Below the pieces are notes generated by a model, which saw nothing but the letters and a program-made list of their open reading frames with translations, was not told where the DNA came from and searched no databases. Positions 1 through 12,000 of a stretch of 64,000 nt of DNA are shown piece after piece. Each line of letters begins with the position of its first letter. The first letter of the stretch is position 1. Source of the stretch: Christensenellaceae bacterium (GTDB lineage Bacteria > Bacillota > Clostridia > Christensenellales > Borkfalkiaceae); the NCBI GenBank assembly GCA_045638105.1, contig JAZUAT010000007.1, forward strand, positions 5,328-69,327, given 5' to 3'. The position numbers and the translations under genes are program-made.

Positions 1-445
1 CAACGAAAAGTTCTTTGAAAGTTTAAGCGATGAAACGGGAAAGTTGACCTTTTCACCAAACGTAATTAGAGTAAAAAATGGCAAAATTTATATAAAAGTT
101 GACTGCCGTTATCCTGCAACAAAAACTTTAAAAGAAGTTAAAAAAGCGTTAAAAAACATTGGTAATTTTAAGGTAATTTCACATAAAAAACCGCTTTTCG
201 TTGATAAAAATAGCAAGATAGTAAAAAGCCTACTTTCAACCTACAACGAATTTTATAAAACAGAAGAAAACCCAATAGCAATCGGTGGCGGAACTTATGC
301 AAGGGCGCTTGAAAGCGGGGTTGCTTTTGGCCCTAGTAAAATAGGGGATAGCGTTTGCCATAATCCAAACGAATATATGACTTTACAAGATTATGAAAAG
401 TGCTATCAAATATACAAGCAAGCAATAAAAAACTTGTGCAAATAA
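1..445 (+). CDS. M20-family dipeptidase (PepV/Sapep-like), C-terminal fragment. The reading frame is open back to base 1, so the N-terminus lies outside the window.
   Basis: The C-terminal motif 'AIGGGTYARAL...GVAFGP' is typical of the M20 dimerisation/C-terminal region. The frame is open upstream of the listed TTG start (…NEKFFESLSDETGKLTFSPN). Confidence 0.5.
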   Translation, partial: NEKFFESLSDETGKLTFSPNVIRVKNGKIYIKVDCRYPATKTLKEVKKALKNIGNFKVISHKKPLFVDKNSKIVKSLLSTYNEFYKTEENPIAIGGGTYARALESGVAFGPSKIGDSVCHNPNEYMTLQDYEKCYQIYKQAIKNLCK

Positions 446-566
446 AAAATAAAACAGGCAAAAGTCGTTAAAAAATTTTTGCTTGTTTTTAACTTTTTAA
501 AGAAAAAAGAAAGGTTTTTTGCTTGAACAAAAATTGATATAAAAGCCGTTTTAGTTTGAAAAAAGG

Positions 567-595
567 TTGACAACCTTATAATAATGTATTATAAT
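567..595 (+). promoter_or_regulatory. Sigma-A-like promoter (TTGACA, 17-nt spacer, TATAAT) upstream of the 617 ORF
   Basis: ttgaca at 567-572, 17-nt spacer, tataat at 590-595. An RBS 'agagggg' lies before the ATG at 617. Confidence 0.5.
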
Positions 596-616
596 CTTTA
601 AAAAAAGAGGGGAATT

Positions 617-1084
617 ATGGTAAAAGTAAAGCAAAAACAATTTAATATTTTTACTTTTATTGTAAAAGCGGTATTGGTTTTACTTTCAATAACCATGTCT
701 TTATTCTTGTTCTTTATTTTTGAAGAAAAGGGAATGCTTGTTCAATACCAATCTCTTTTGCCAAAGATTGAAGTTTCAATTCCAAAATCAATACCAAACA
801 TTAACATGTCTTATATAGAAAAAGAAGTTGGGCGCTTCTTATCAGGCGTACTTTTTACTTTCTTTTTAACAAGAAAGTCTGTTCGTTTATTCTTTTCTAT
901 ATTTGCAATTTTATATGCAAGCCTTTTTATACTTGTTAACATTTTGCTTTCAGTTGCGTCAAAGTGGTTTGGCGGTACAAAAGTTAATTATGAAGAAGGC
1001 AAAAAGGAGTTTGATTTACCAAAAACTCCAATAGTAAGTTATAACGACGTTGTTAAAACTTTAAACTTAACTCTTACAATATAA
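617..1084 (+). CDS. Hypothetical small integral membrane protein
   Basis: 155 aa with several hydrophobic helices (e.g. FIVKAVLVLLSITMSLFLFFIF and FAILYASLFILVNILLSV). No recognisable catalytic motif. Confidence 0.4.
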   Translation: MVKVKQKQFNIFTFIVKAVLVLLSITMSLFLFFIFEEKGMLVQYQSLLPKIEVSIPKSIPNINMSYIEKEVGRFLSGVLFTFFLTRKSVRLFFSIFAILYASLFILVNILLSVASKWFGGTKVNYEEGKKEFDLPKTPIVSYNDVVKTLNLTLTI

Positions 1085-1185
1085 TATATAGGTGCGCATA
1101 GGCGCGCCTCGTTTGCCTTGCCGTAGTAGGTGGGGTATATCGCGGTTTTTAAAGGATAGGTCTATTTTTTAAAAATCGTTTTTTT

Positions 1186-2685
1186 ATGCCAAAAAATATA
1201 TGCTTAAACACTATGTGTTTATTTTTAAAGGGGACTTATATAAAAGGTGCTTTTATGTATCAATCAATAACGTTTTTAATTTCAATTTTAATAACAACCG
1301 CAACTCTTTTAATTTTTAAAAAAGGAAGAGAAAGTGCGTTTAATAAGTTTTTAAAAATCATCACTTTTATATTTTGTGGAGTGGGATATTTTCGTTTTTT
1401 TATTTCGGATGCGTTCATTTACGTTATAAACGGCGCTTGGTTTGAAGAAGTATATTACGAAAGTACTGACTATTTGCAAACGTTTTTACGTTGGGGCTAC
1501 TTTCTTAGTTACGTTGTTTTTCCTATGGCGGTATTTTTTGATAGTAGAGTGTTTAAAAACATTGCGTGCTATTTTTGCTTGCCGTTCTCTATACTTACAA
1601 CGATATTTTTTAACGACTTTATGGCATATTTCCTTTCATCAAAAGGGCATGGCTACGATTTAACAGAATGGTTTAGATACGCCTTTTTCATTTTTGAATT
1701 AGTGCTAGCAATATCTATTCCTCTTTTAATGCAAACAAAGCAAAGGCACTGCTTTAACGTAAAAAGCAAGGCGGAGTGGGTTAATTTTATAATAACGCTT
1801 CCATTTACAATAATTTTAATGATGCCTGTTTATACGGTGCAATCATTAATTGGTTATACGGCATACTTTACACAAGCGTGGTCATCTTTTCATATAGTTT
1901 GGATAATTATTTTACTTGCGTTTGTTTTAATTTTATATTACGCATTTAGGTTTAGAAGTTATAGGGAAAGATATATGCTTTGCATATTACTTACTTTAGC
2001 GTTGTTTTACCAATATAACTCAGCGTATTTAATGGGGCTTAACGTAAGGCGATTACCACTTCAACTTTGTAATATTGCTGCATATTTTTATGTAATTGCA
2101 GTTCCGTTTAAATTAAAAAAGATGTTCCATTTTTGCTTTTTAGCAAATATTGTTGGTGCTCTTGTAGCAATTTTATTGCCGGACTTTTCAGAAGGGTACT
2201 TCAGTTTTTGGAATATGTATTATGTATATGAACATACTCTAGTATTAGCAGTACCTGCGCTTGGTATGGGTTTAAGAATATTTCCAAAACTCAATCCAAA
2301 ATCGCTACTATACACGTGGATTGGCTTTACCATTTACTTTACGTTTGTTTTTGTAATGGGAACAATAATAAACGGCTATTCCGACTATTTTGGGACAAGA
2401 GTTAACTATTTTTACTTGTTTGACCTTAAAACGGCGTTTGAATATTTTCCATTTTTAACGTTCACACAAGAATTTAAAATAGAATTTTTAAGGTTTGAAA
2501 TATATCCGTTAGTAATTTTAATAGTATATATTGCTTATCAAATTTTCTGTTTGATTTTCTACGCAGTTACTTGCTATTTATATAAGGTAGAAGAAGACCA
2601 TTTAAATTTAAGGCTTTCCGAGATTGACCTTTATGAAAAATTGACGGGCAAAAAATCAATACGCCCAAGACACTATATAGATTAA
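1186..2685 (+). CDS. Hypothetical polytopic membrane protein of ~10-12 TM helices. The true start may be the internal ATG at 1256.
   Basis: 499 aa, extremely hydrophobic and aromatic-rich, with many predicted TM helices. It lies immediately upstream of the ABC ATPase and permease. Confidence 0.4.
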   Translation: MPKNICLNTMCLFLKGTYIKGAFMYQSITFLISILITTATLLIFKKGRESAFNKFLKIITFIFCGVGYFRFFISDAFIYVINGAWFEEVYYESTDYLQTFLRWGYFLSYVVFPMAVFFDSRVFKNIACYFCLPFSILTTIFFNDFMAYFLSSKGHGYDLTEWFRYAFFIFELVLAISIPLLMQTKQRHCFNVKSKAEWVNFIITLPFTIILMMPVYTVQSLIGYTAYFTQAWSSFHIVWIIILLAFVLILYYAFRFRSYRERYMLCILLTLALFYQYNSAYLMGLNVRRLPLQLCNIAAYFYVIAVPFKLKKMFHFCFLANIVGALVAILLPDFSEGYFSFWNMYYVYEHTLVLAVPALGMGLRIFPKLNPKSLLYTWIGFTIYFTFVFVMGTIINGYSDYFGTRVNYFYLFDLKTAFEYFPFLTFTQEFKIEFLRFEIYPLVILIVYIAYQIFCLIFYAVTCYLYKVEEDHLNLRLSEIDLYEKLTGKKSIRPRHYID

Positions 2686-2710
2686 TTTATTTAAGCACTA
2701 AGGAGAATTT

Positions 2711-3445
2711 ATGGTAGAAATAAATAATTTAACAAAAAGTTACGGTAATTCAATAGTCAAAGCAGTTGATAATTTATCTATATCATTAAAAGCGGGCGAA
2801 ATTTATGGATTTTTAGGCTCAAACGGAGCGGGCAAAAGTACAACCATAAAAAGTTTGGTTGGCATTTATCCTTTTCAACAAGGCGACATTTTGATTAACG
2901 GAATTTCTATAAAAACCGACCCGTTGAACGCAAAAAGGCAAATAGGTTACGTTTCTGATAACCACGCCGTTTTTGAACGCTTAACTGGTAGAGAATACGT
3001 TAACCATATGGCAAATCTTTTTAACGTTGATATGTCAGATGCAGAAGAGCGTTGCTCTAGGCTTTTAAAAGTTTTTAAACTTGAGGAGGCTTTTGACCGT
3101 CCAATAAAAAGTTATTCTCATGGTATGAAGCAAAAAATTTCAGTTATTGCAGCGCTTGTTCACAATCCAAAATTATGGGTGCTTGACGAGCCTTTAACAG
3201 GTCTTGACCCACAAAGTTCATACCAATTAAAACAAGTTATGAAGCAACACGCAAAAGAAGGAAACACAGTGTTCTTTAGTTCACATATTTTAGACGTTGT
3301 TGAAAACCTTTGCGACCGTTGCTGTATTATTGAAAAGGGAAAATTACAAGGCGTTTACGACATTAAAGAACTTAAAAAAGAGGGTCGCTCATTAGAAGAA
3401 ATATTTATGAACGTAACTTCCGGCGGAAAGGGCGGTGAAGCGTAA
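2711..3445 (+). CDS. ABC transporter ATP-binding protein
   Basis: Walker A GSNGAGKST, Q-loop, signature-like 'YSHGMKQKISV', Walker B 'LWVLDEPLTGLD', and H-loop 'FSSHIL'. Confidence 0.85.
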   Translation: MVEINNLTKSYGNSIVKAVDNLSISLKAGEIYGFLGSNGAGKSTTIKSLVGIYPFQQGDILINGISIKTDPLNAKRQIGYVSDNHAVFERLTGREYVNHMANLFNVDMSDAEERCSRLLKVFKLEEAFDRPIKSYSHGMKQKISVIAALVHNPKLWVLDEPLTGLDPQSSYQLKQVMKQHAKEGNTVFFSSHILDVVENLCDRCCIIEKGKLQGVYDIKELKKEGRSLEEIFMNVTSGGKGGEA

Positions 3446-5053
3446 ATGGGCACCATTTTAAACCTTTTAAAGTTACAAATAGATAATAAGACGGACATTT
3501 TAAAAACAGCGTCCCCTAAAAAAATGGCAATGTCTATTTTTAAAACCGCTCTTTTATTATTACTTATAACCGTTGCAATGGTTATAGTGCTATTAAGAAT
3601 ATTTTCACTTGGAATAAGGATAAACGAAGAACTTATAGCAATAGTATTGCTATTTATTCAAGGCATAGCGCTATTTTTTGCGGTTGGCAACATTATAGGC
3701 ACGTTATATTTAAGTAGAGATAATGAAATGTTAATTTGCTTGCCTATTACGCCAAACCAACTTTTTATATCAAAAATTTTATTGATATATCTTCGTGAAA
3801 TAGCAGTTAGCGCAACAATCTCTGTTCCATTATTTATAACGCTTGGCAGTTTAGGTGGTTTGGGCTTAAGTTTTTTCTTGTCTATACCATTGCTTGTATT
3901 GCTTTTACCAATATTTCCTATAGTTTTAGCAAGTTTTATAAGCATACCGGTTATGGCAGTTATAAGATTTTTAAAAAAGCACGCGTTTCTTGCAATAATT
4001 TGTATTTTGCTTTCCGTTTCCGTTTGCCTTTGGGGTTACATTTCTTTAATAGGTAGCATTGCAGGCAGTTTTAATATTGCCACACAGCAACTTGAAACGG
4101 TAATAAAAATAAACAAAATTGTAGTAGACGTTGGCGGAAAAATTATAGTATATATTCAACTTGCTAAAGCAATGCTTAATTTTTCAAGTTGGTATTGGTA
4201 CTTGGCGTTCTTACTTGTATGCGGTGCCGTATCTATCGTAACGGTGCTTGCAATACGTCCTCTTTACTTTAAGATGGCAATGTCTAGCTTAGAAAACACT
4301 ATTAAGGCAAAAGAAGTTAAAAAACCATTTAAAAAAGCAAGTCCATTTTTTAGCCTTATAAAAAAGGAAACGCTTTGCATCTTCCGTTCTCCAACGGACA
4401 TATTTGAATATTTTTTATTCACGCTTTTAATGCCGTTTATTGTATTTTCATACGACAAATTGCTTACTACTATAACTGTAAACCAAGCGGGTAGAAATAT
4501 GATAGCGGGCGCGCACGTAATGGTTGTTGCAATACTTGCAATGCTTTCAAACATTGTTTCAGCATCGGCAATTTCGCGTGATGGCGGTAATTTTTACACG
4601 TCAAAGATAATTCCCGTAAACTATTATCAACAAATTTTTGCAAAACTTGCATTTAATGCAATATTTACAACTAGTGCAATAATAGTTACGATGATAGTTT
4701 CAATGTTTGGTAAAGACGCAGTGCCATGGCAACTTATAATGGGTTCAGTAGCAGTAATTTTTGCTTCTATTGGTCATATTGCGTGGAGTCTTGAGATGGA
4801 TATAAAAAATCCTACTATCAATGCGCAAGGCGATGAAGAGTCTTCCACAACAAGTAAAAGCACTCCACAAAGCATAATAACAGGGCTTGTAATAGGTTTT
4901 GTGCTTGGAATTATAGTAATTTTATTGTCCAACTTAAAGTACTCTATTGTTCCGTATGCGTTAATTATAATTTTAGCGCTTGCGCTTGCAATATATCGTG
5001 TTTATATGTTAATTTTGCGTATAAATCTTTGCTACGACAAGATAGAGATGTGA
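3446..5053 (+). CDS. Putative ABC transporter permease, a large polytopic membrane protein
   Basis: 535 aa with >10 hydrophobic helices. Its start ATG overlaps the stop codon of the ATPase gene, suggesting translational coupling. Confidence 0.5.
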   Translation: MGTILNLLKLQIDNKTDILKTASPKKMAMSIFKTALLLLLITVAMVIVLLRIFSLGIRINEELIAIVLLFIQGIALFFAVGNIIGTLYLSRDNEMLICLPITPNQLFISKILLIYLREIAVSATISVPLFITLGSLGGLGLSFFLSIPLLVLLLPIFPIVLASFISIPVMAVIRFLKKHAFLAIICILLSVSVCLWGYISLIGSIAGSFNIATQQLETVIKINKIVVDVGGKIIVYIQLAKAMLNFSSWYWYLAFLLVCGAVSIVTVLAIRPLYFKMAMSSLENTIKAKEVKKPFKKASPFFSLIKKETLCIFRSPTDIFEYFLFTLLMPFIVFSYDKLLTTITVNQAGRNMIAGAHVMVVAILAMLSNIVSASAISRDGGNFYTSKIIPVNYYQQIFAKLAFNAIFTTSAIIVTMIVSMFGKDAVPWQLIMGSVAVIFASIGHIAWSLEMDIKNPTINAQGDEESSTTSKSTPQSIITGLVIGFVLGIIVILLSNLKYSIVPYALIIILALALAIYRVYMLILRINLCYDKIEM

Positions 5054-5060
5054 GGTATTT

Positions 5061-5990
5061 ATGAAAAAAACAGTAATTTTAATTTTAGCAATACTTCCCA
5101 TTTTCTTAATTATAACAATAGCCTTTGCCGGCAAAATATTGTCTTTATATCAACATATACCCGTTGAGCAAGTTCAGTTTGTTGACGTGTTAAATAACCC
5201 TTACGAAGAAGACGACGTTTTTGAACTTAATATGGGCGATGAAAAAACAACAAATATAAGAATTTTACCAGAACTTGCAACAAATAAGGAAGTTACTTAC
5301 GAATCTTCAAACGAAGAAATTTGTACCGTTGATAAAGATGGCAAAATTAAGGGCATAAATTACGGCTCGGCACAAATAACTGTAACCACAAAAGATTCTA
5401 ACAAAAAATCGGTTTTATACGTTGCTGTTAAGGCAGATAGGGTTATGGGAATAACGCTTCCGCAAACGGAAGTTACGCTTTCCACCGGGGAAAAGTTTAA
5501 AATTATTCCAACAGTTGAATTGCCACCGGCAAAAGATAAAAACGTTACTTACGAATCAAACAACGAACTTGTTGCAAAAGTTAATATGAATGGCGAAGTA
5601 ACTGCAATTGCGGAAGGCACTGCAACCATAACCGTAACAACAAATGACGGCGGATATACGGCAACGTGCACGATAACTGTTATTAAAGGAGTGCCAGCAT
5701 TAGCCTTTACTCTTGACGAGCAAGACTTTATAACGGTTCAAGGCGCATTTAGAATTTCAACAGAAGCGGAAATCAACTTAAATTGCTATATTCAAGTTGA
5801 CCCTAAAAAAGTGGACGAGCATTCAGTTAAGTTCTATATTCAAAGCGGTATAAATTACGCTTCTATTACAGAAGATGGCGTTATAACCTTAAAACAGCCG
5901 GATAAATTAGTAAAAGTAGTTGCATACGTTGGCGATAAAGACGAGCCTACTTATTCAATTGAAGTTATTTTAAAGTTGGCAACAACTTAA
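5061..5990 (+). CDS. Membrane-anchored Big_2 (bacterial Ig-like group 2) domain protein
   Basis: N-terminal TM/signal anchor. Two segments resemble Big_2 (…VTYESSNEEICTVDKDGKIKGINYGSAQITVTT… and …VTYESNNELVAKVNMNGEVTAIAEGTATITVTT…). Confidence 0.55.
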   Translation: MKKTVILILAILPIFLIITIAFAGKILSLYQHIPVEQVQFVDVLNNPYEEDDVFELNMGDEKTTNIRILPELATNKEVTYESSNEEICTVDKDGKIKGINYGSAQITVTTKDSNKKSVLYVAVKADRVMGITLPQTEVTLSTGEKFKIIPTVELPPAKDKNVTYESNNELVAKVNMNGEVTAIAEGTATITVTTNDGGYTATCTITVIKGVPALAFTLDEQDFITVQGAFRISTEAEINLNCYIQVDPKKVDEHSVKFYIQSGINYASITEDGVITLKQPDKLVKVVAYVGDKDEPTYSIEVILKLATT

Positions 5991-6028
5991 CATAAAAAAG
6001 CAAAAGAAAAACAAAAAGGAGAAATGTT

Positions 6029-9000
6029 ATGAACAGTTTAAAGAAAGTCTTTTTATCGTTGTTATTGATTTTATCTATAGCAACGGGATTGACGGCATGT
6101 GGAATGTTTGAAACCATGGACCCAGACCAAGGTAGCGGTGGTGGCGGACAACAACCACCTTCAACTCCTCCAACAACTATTACGTACACGCTCAATCTTA
6201 TTCCTAATAAGAGCGTTGCACTTCGTGGAGAAGTTGTTACTTTAAACGCGTACCTTCACGCAGAGGGAAAAGATGACGTGCTTGCAGATGGCGCAACGTA
6301 TTCTATCGTTGACGGCGCTTCTTACGCAACTTTAGCGGAAAACAAGCTTACCATTTTAAACACGGCAAACGCAAACTCTATAGTAAAGGTAAAAGCGAAA
6401 GTTGGCGCTACGGATTCCAACGTGGTTGAAATCAAGGTCAGCGTACCTCTTGAAAGCATTGTGGCTTCAGCAAATGGCGTTACAAACGTATTGAAAGGCT
6501 CAAGCACGGTTCTTCATAAGGAAACGTCACCAATAGGTGCAGACCTTACCGACTTTAAGTGGGAAGTAATTGAAGGCGCAAACCTTTGCTCTATTAGTGG
6601 AGACGTATTAGTTGTTAATCCAAACGCAACGGTTGGATCAATAATTAAAGTTAAAGCTGTATGCGGTGGTAAGGAAAGTAATGTTTTAGAGTATATCGTT
6701 GGATATCCGGTTACTAAAGTAACTGCTTCAGCAAACGAAGTAACTAATATATTAAAAGGCCAAAGCATTCTTTTATACAAAGAAATTTATCCTCAAGAAG
6801 CAGACAAGAGCGACTTTAAATGGGAAATTGTTGAAGGTTCAAACCTTTGCTCTATCAACGGCGACTTATTGCTTGTTAAACCAAGCGCTGTAACAGGCTC
6901 AATTATAAAAGTTAAAGCAACTTGTGGCGGTCAAGAAAGTGAAGTTTTAGAATTTATGGTTGGTTACTACGTTGAAAGCGTAAGCGCAAGTGCAAACGGT
7001 ATAACTAATATAAAGAGAGGCGAAAGCGTAACTTTATATAAAGAAATTCTTCCAAAAGAAGCTGATACTGACGACTTCAAGTGGGAAGTAGTAGAAGGCG
7101 CAGGTTTATTTACAATCGCTGGCGATACTTTACTTGTTAAGGCAAATGCAACCGTTGGTGCAAAAATTAAAGTAAAAGCGGTTTGCGGTGGTAAAGAAAG
7201 TGAAGCCCTTGAATTTATCGTTGGCTACCCTGTTGAAAGTATAACTGCTAGTGCAAATGGTGTAACAAATATTATAAAAGGCACTAATATTCCTTTAAGC
7301 AAACAAATTTTACCAACAAATGCAGATATAGACGACTTCAAGTGGGAAATTGTTGAAGGTGCAGGCGCTTGCTTTGTAAACGGAGATAATTTATACGTAA
7401 ACGCAACGGCTACAACGGGCACAATCATTAAAGTTAAAGCAGTTTGTGGCGGTCAAGAAAGTGAAGTTTTAGAATTTATGGTTGGTTACTACGTTGAAAG
7501 CGTAACTGCTAGTGCTAGCGGTGTAACTAATATAAAGAGAGGCGAAAGCATTACTTTATATAAAGAAATTCTTCCAAAAGAAGCTGACACTGATGACTTT
7601 AAATGGGAAGTAGTTGAAGGCGAAGGCTTGTTTACAATTACAGGCGACACGTTGTTTGTTAAATCAACTGCAACCGTTGGTGCAAAAATTAAAGTAAAAG
7701 CGGTTTGCGGTGGTAAAGAAAGTGAAGCCCTTGAATTTATCGTTGGCTATCCTGTAGAAAGTATAAAAGCAACTGCTGGCGGTGTAACAAATATTATAAA
7801 AGGCACTAATATTCCTTTAAGTAAAGAAATTTTACCAACAAATGCAGATATAGACGATTTCAAGTGGGAAATTGTTGAAGGTGCAGGCGCATGCTTTGTA
7901 AACGGAGATAATTTACACGTAAACGCAACGGCTACAACAGGCACAATCATTAAAGTTAAAGCAGTTTGTGGCGGTAAAGAAAGTGAAGTTTTAGAATTTA
8001 TGGTTGGTTACTACGTTGAAAGCGTAACTGCTAGTGCAAACGGCGTAACTAATATTTTGAAAGGCGAAAGCGTAACTTTATATAAAGAAATTCTTCCAAA
8101 AGAAGCCGACACTGACGACTTTAAGTGGGAAATTTTAGAAGGCGCAACAATTTGCTCTATTAACGGCGATAACTTATTTGTAAATTCAACTGCAAAAACT
8201 GGCGACGTTATTAAAGTTAAAGCAACTTGTGGCGGTCAAGAAAGTGACGAATTTGAATTAATTGTTGGCTACCCTCTTAAATCAATAAGCGTTGAAGTTG
8301 GTGGTTCAACTAACGTTCCAAGGGGCGAAACACGTGAGTTAACGGTTACTTTAGACCCTGTCAACACAACAGAAGGCGACTATAAGTGGGAAATTTTAGA
8401 AGGCGCGGATTACTGCACTATCATAGATAACGTTTTAACCGTAAGTGAATTTGCTCCATTAGATGCAGAAATTACGTTTAAAGCAGTTGGCGTTAAAGAA
8501 AGTTCAATTATAACGATTGTTGTAACAAATGCAATTGAGAGCCTTTCTTTAACAACAAGCGCCCCTCAAATTTTAACTCACGGTGCAAATTATCCATTAC
8601 AACTTGTTGCAAGCCCTAAAGACGTAAGCACAAAAGCAGTTGAGTGGGTTGTTTCTAATAGCGACTATGCGTACGTTTCAAACAATACTTTATACGTATA
8701 CAATAACGTTCCACACGGTGCAGAACTTGAAGTTTATGCAAAGAGTGGTAACGTTGAAAGTCAAAAACTTGAGTTTAACGTTGGCGTTGCGCTTAAAGAA
8801 TTAGAATTAGAACTTAACGGCGCAGTTAACGTATTAAACGGCAAGTCTATTACGTTTACGGTTACTAAAAACCCTGCAGACGCAACAAACGGCGAATACG
8901 AAGTAGTATTTGTTAGCGGTCAAGATAATTGCGTATTAGTAGGAAATACTATAACTATTAAAGACGAAGCAACTATCGGCGAAAAAATCATCTTTAAAGT

Positions 9001-12000
9001 AGTTGCAACAAATATAGCAGGCATTGAAAGTGGCGAGGTTGAAATTATAGTAGGTATTCCTGTTGAAGAGTTTACTATTAGTTTAACTGCTCCTGCAATA
9101 TTAACTCAAGGTCAATATTACCCTGTTGAAATTAATGTAACTCCTGCGAACGCAACTTACAAGAACGTAACTTGGGTAGTTTCTAAAAGTGCGTACGCGT
9201 ACGTTTCTAACAATTTATTATTTGTAAGGGAAAGCGTTCCTCACGGCGCAACGTTTAAAGTTTCCGCTATTATTGACGGCAAAGAAAGTTCAAACAGCCT
9301 TATTTATCAAGTAGGTGTTGCAATAAATTCTATTGCGGTTTCTACAAACGTTAAAAACGTAATTCAAGGTCAAACGGCAACGTTAACTGCAACTATTAAT
9401 CAAGGCGCAACTGAAGGTTATAGCTGGGTTATTACTCAAGGCAGTGAATATGCAAGCATTTCTAACGCAATGTTATTTGTTAACGAGGGCGTAGAAACAG
9501 GCACAATAATCAAAGTTAGAGCAGTAAGTGAAAGTGGTAACGTTAAAAGTACTGAACTTGAATTTATTGTAGGTATTCCTTTAACGGCGTTAGAGTTAGA
9601 ACGTAACGGCGCAGTTAACGTATTAAATGGTAACACTATTACGTTTGCTGTTACTAAAAAACCAGCAAACACAACAAACGGCGAATATAGTGTAGAATTT
9701 GTTAGCGGACAAGACTACTGCGTATTGTCAGGCAATTCTATAACTATTAAAGAAGATGCTCCTATCGGCGAAGAAATTATCTTTAAAGTAGTTGCAACAA
9801 ATGCTACGGGCATTGAAAGTGACACCGTAAAAATTATAGTTGGTATTCCTGTTGTTAGTCTTTCTATTAGTTCAACTGCTCCTAAAATATTAACTCATGG
9901 CGCAAGTTATCCTATAACTTTAACTACAGACCCAGAAGACGCAACTTACAAAAACGTAGAATGGTTTGTTTCTAATAAAGACTATGCGTACGTTTCAAAC
10001 AACATGTTATTTGTTACAAACGCAATTCCACACGGAGCAACGTTTGATGTTTATGCAAAAATTGGCGAAAAAGAAAGTAACGTTCTTTCTTACCAAGTAG
10101 GCGTAAAAATCAACTCTATTACAATTGAAACAAGTGCAACAAGTGTTAAAAAAGGCAATACGGCTTCGTTAACTGCAACTCTTAACGACGGCGCAACCGA
10201 AGGCTATAACTGGGTTATCACTCAAGGCAACGAATACGCAAGCATTTCAAACAACACTTTATCAGTAAAAGAAAAAGCAGAGACAGGCGCAATAATCAAA
10301 GTTAAAGCAGTAAGTGCAAGTGGTGAAGCTTCAAGTGATGAAATAGAAATAGTTATTGCTGCTACTGATATGGAAATATTAGAAAACACTTACTATCTTG
10401 TTCTTTCTTTTGACTATGCTGATTTAGATAAAAACGGCAAAACTAACCCAGTATTAGAAGCGGAAGTTTACAACCGTTTAGGTACTGAAATTAAAGATAA
10501 AAACGTAATATTTGAATTGCATAATGGTAGCGAAGCATTTGTTGGCATTGAAAAAGTTGGCAACAGCTGTCGCTTTACAGAATTAAAAGCGCACGGCACA
10601 GCGTACCTTAACGCTAAAATTGAAGGTTTAGGTGTTGTAGAAACCGTTGAATTAAACGTTATTGTTCCGCCAGACGTAATTTATCTTCCAGAAGTATTTG
10701 CGGAAAATCCAAACTTCACTTACGTTTACTCTATGGAAAATCCACTTAACCAAGAAGCGGAAAAACTTCCATTTGTAGCGTACGCAGTAACAGCTACAGC
10801 TTGTGACGATATCGTTTACTCGTTTACTCATGAAGACGGAACTACTGATAATGACGTTGCTATCTATAACTATGAAACAGGCACAATAGAGTTCCTTAAA
10901 ACAGGTTTAGTTACGGTAACTGCTTTATCAAATTCAGGCAGTAGAATTGAAACAAAAGCATCTTATAAGTTTAACATTAACAAAGGCTTTAACGTTTATT
11001 CGTTTGAACACGCTAGCCAAGTTACAAGCAACAGCGGAGATTATAAAAACAATAAATACAATGGTGAAGAAATTAACTTTGTAGCCCTTGAAAAAATTGT
11101 TGGTTATAATTTTGAAAACGCAAATTATAATTACGGCTACGCATTTGTTCCACAAGTTGCATTAAAGAGCCAAGCAGAACAAAGAGGCAACATAGATTCG
11201 TATAGTGAAAATATGACTCATGATGAAAAGGTCGCGGCATACGCATCACTCCGCAATACTATGAGCAGTTCAAATAACAGAATTATTGCCGACACTAAGA
11301 ACTTACACATAAACGGCAACCAACACGCTGTTGACGCTTCTAACTTATACGTTCCAACCGATACGGAAATTGAAAGATTCCGACAAATTTTTGGCTCTGA
11401 TTGGTTTGCTCACGGTGGTATAATTTCGGCAGAACCATATTCGCTTAAAAAGATAACGGGCGACGTTAATTCAAAAGTAACGTTCTCTGTAAGAATTTAT
11501 GACCTTGAAGTAATAGGTAACGCTCCTATGTCTTTAGCTAATAAAGAAGATGCTTCAAAAACGGTATGGGGTGTATATCTTCATGGTATTAACGTTGGTG
11601 ATATTGATAGCGGTCCTAACGCTAAATATTACACGGAACTTAAAAACGTAACTGCTTCAGCAGCTAAGAATGCTATTAACATTGTTGGCGCGGTTGGCAA
11701 TAGCGTTTTTGAAAACGTTTACGTTCACAACTGCTATCAAAACGGCATTCAAGCAAAATCTTCAATTTTAACAATCAAGAACTTTAAAATTGGTGCATGC
11801 GGTGCAACGGGTATAGAACTTGTGCCAGACGGTTCAACTAAAGCAGGTCTTAACAGCGACCAAAAGCAAACAATTACTTTTGAAGGCACTATTGACGCTG
11901 AAGGAAACATTCACGCAACAACTACGCCTTATATGATTGCATATAATGATGGTGCGGTTCCTAAAATTATTAGTGCTTCTATTCTATTTAACCAACTTAC

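Noticed and set aside
1442-1663. 73-aa ORF nested in an alternative frame of the 499-aa membrane protein gene
   Set aside because: It is fully embedded in a longer ORF with consistent hydrophobic coding character, so it is most likely spurious.
6322-7950. Several minus-strand ORFs (6322-6507, 6514-6780, 7225-7428, 7747-7950, 9436-9672) inside the giant lipoprotein gene. Two of them are nearly identical 67-aa proteins.
   Set aside because: They lie antisense to a strongly supported 2078-aa CDS. Their duplication simply mirrors the 522-bp sense-strand repeat. They have no independent start or RBS signals.
6950-8290. Considered whether the regular 522-bp repeats could be a CRISPR-like or satellite array
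   Set aside because: The period is far too long for CRISPR. The repeats are in-frame coding modules of a continuous ORF, with no unique spacers and no cas genes in the window.
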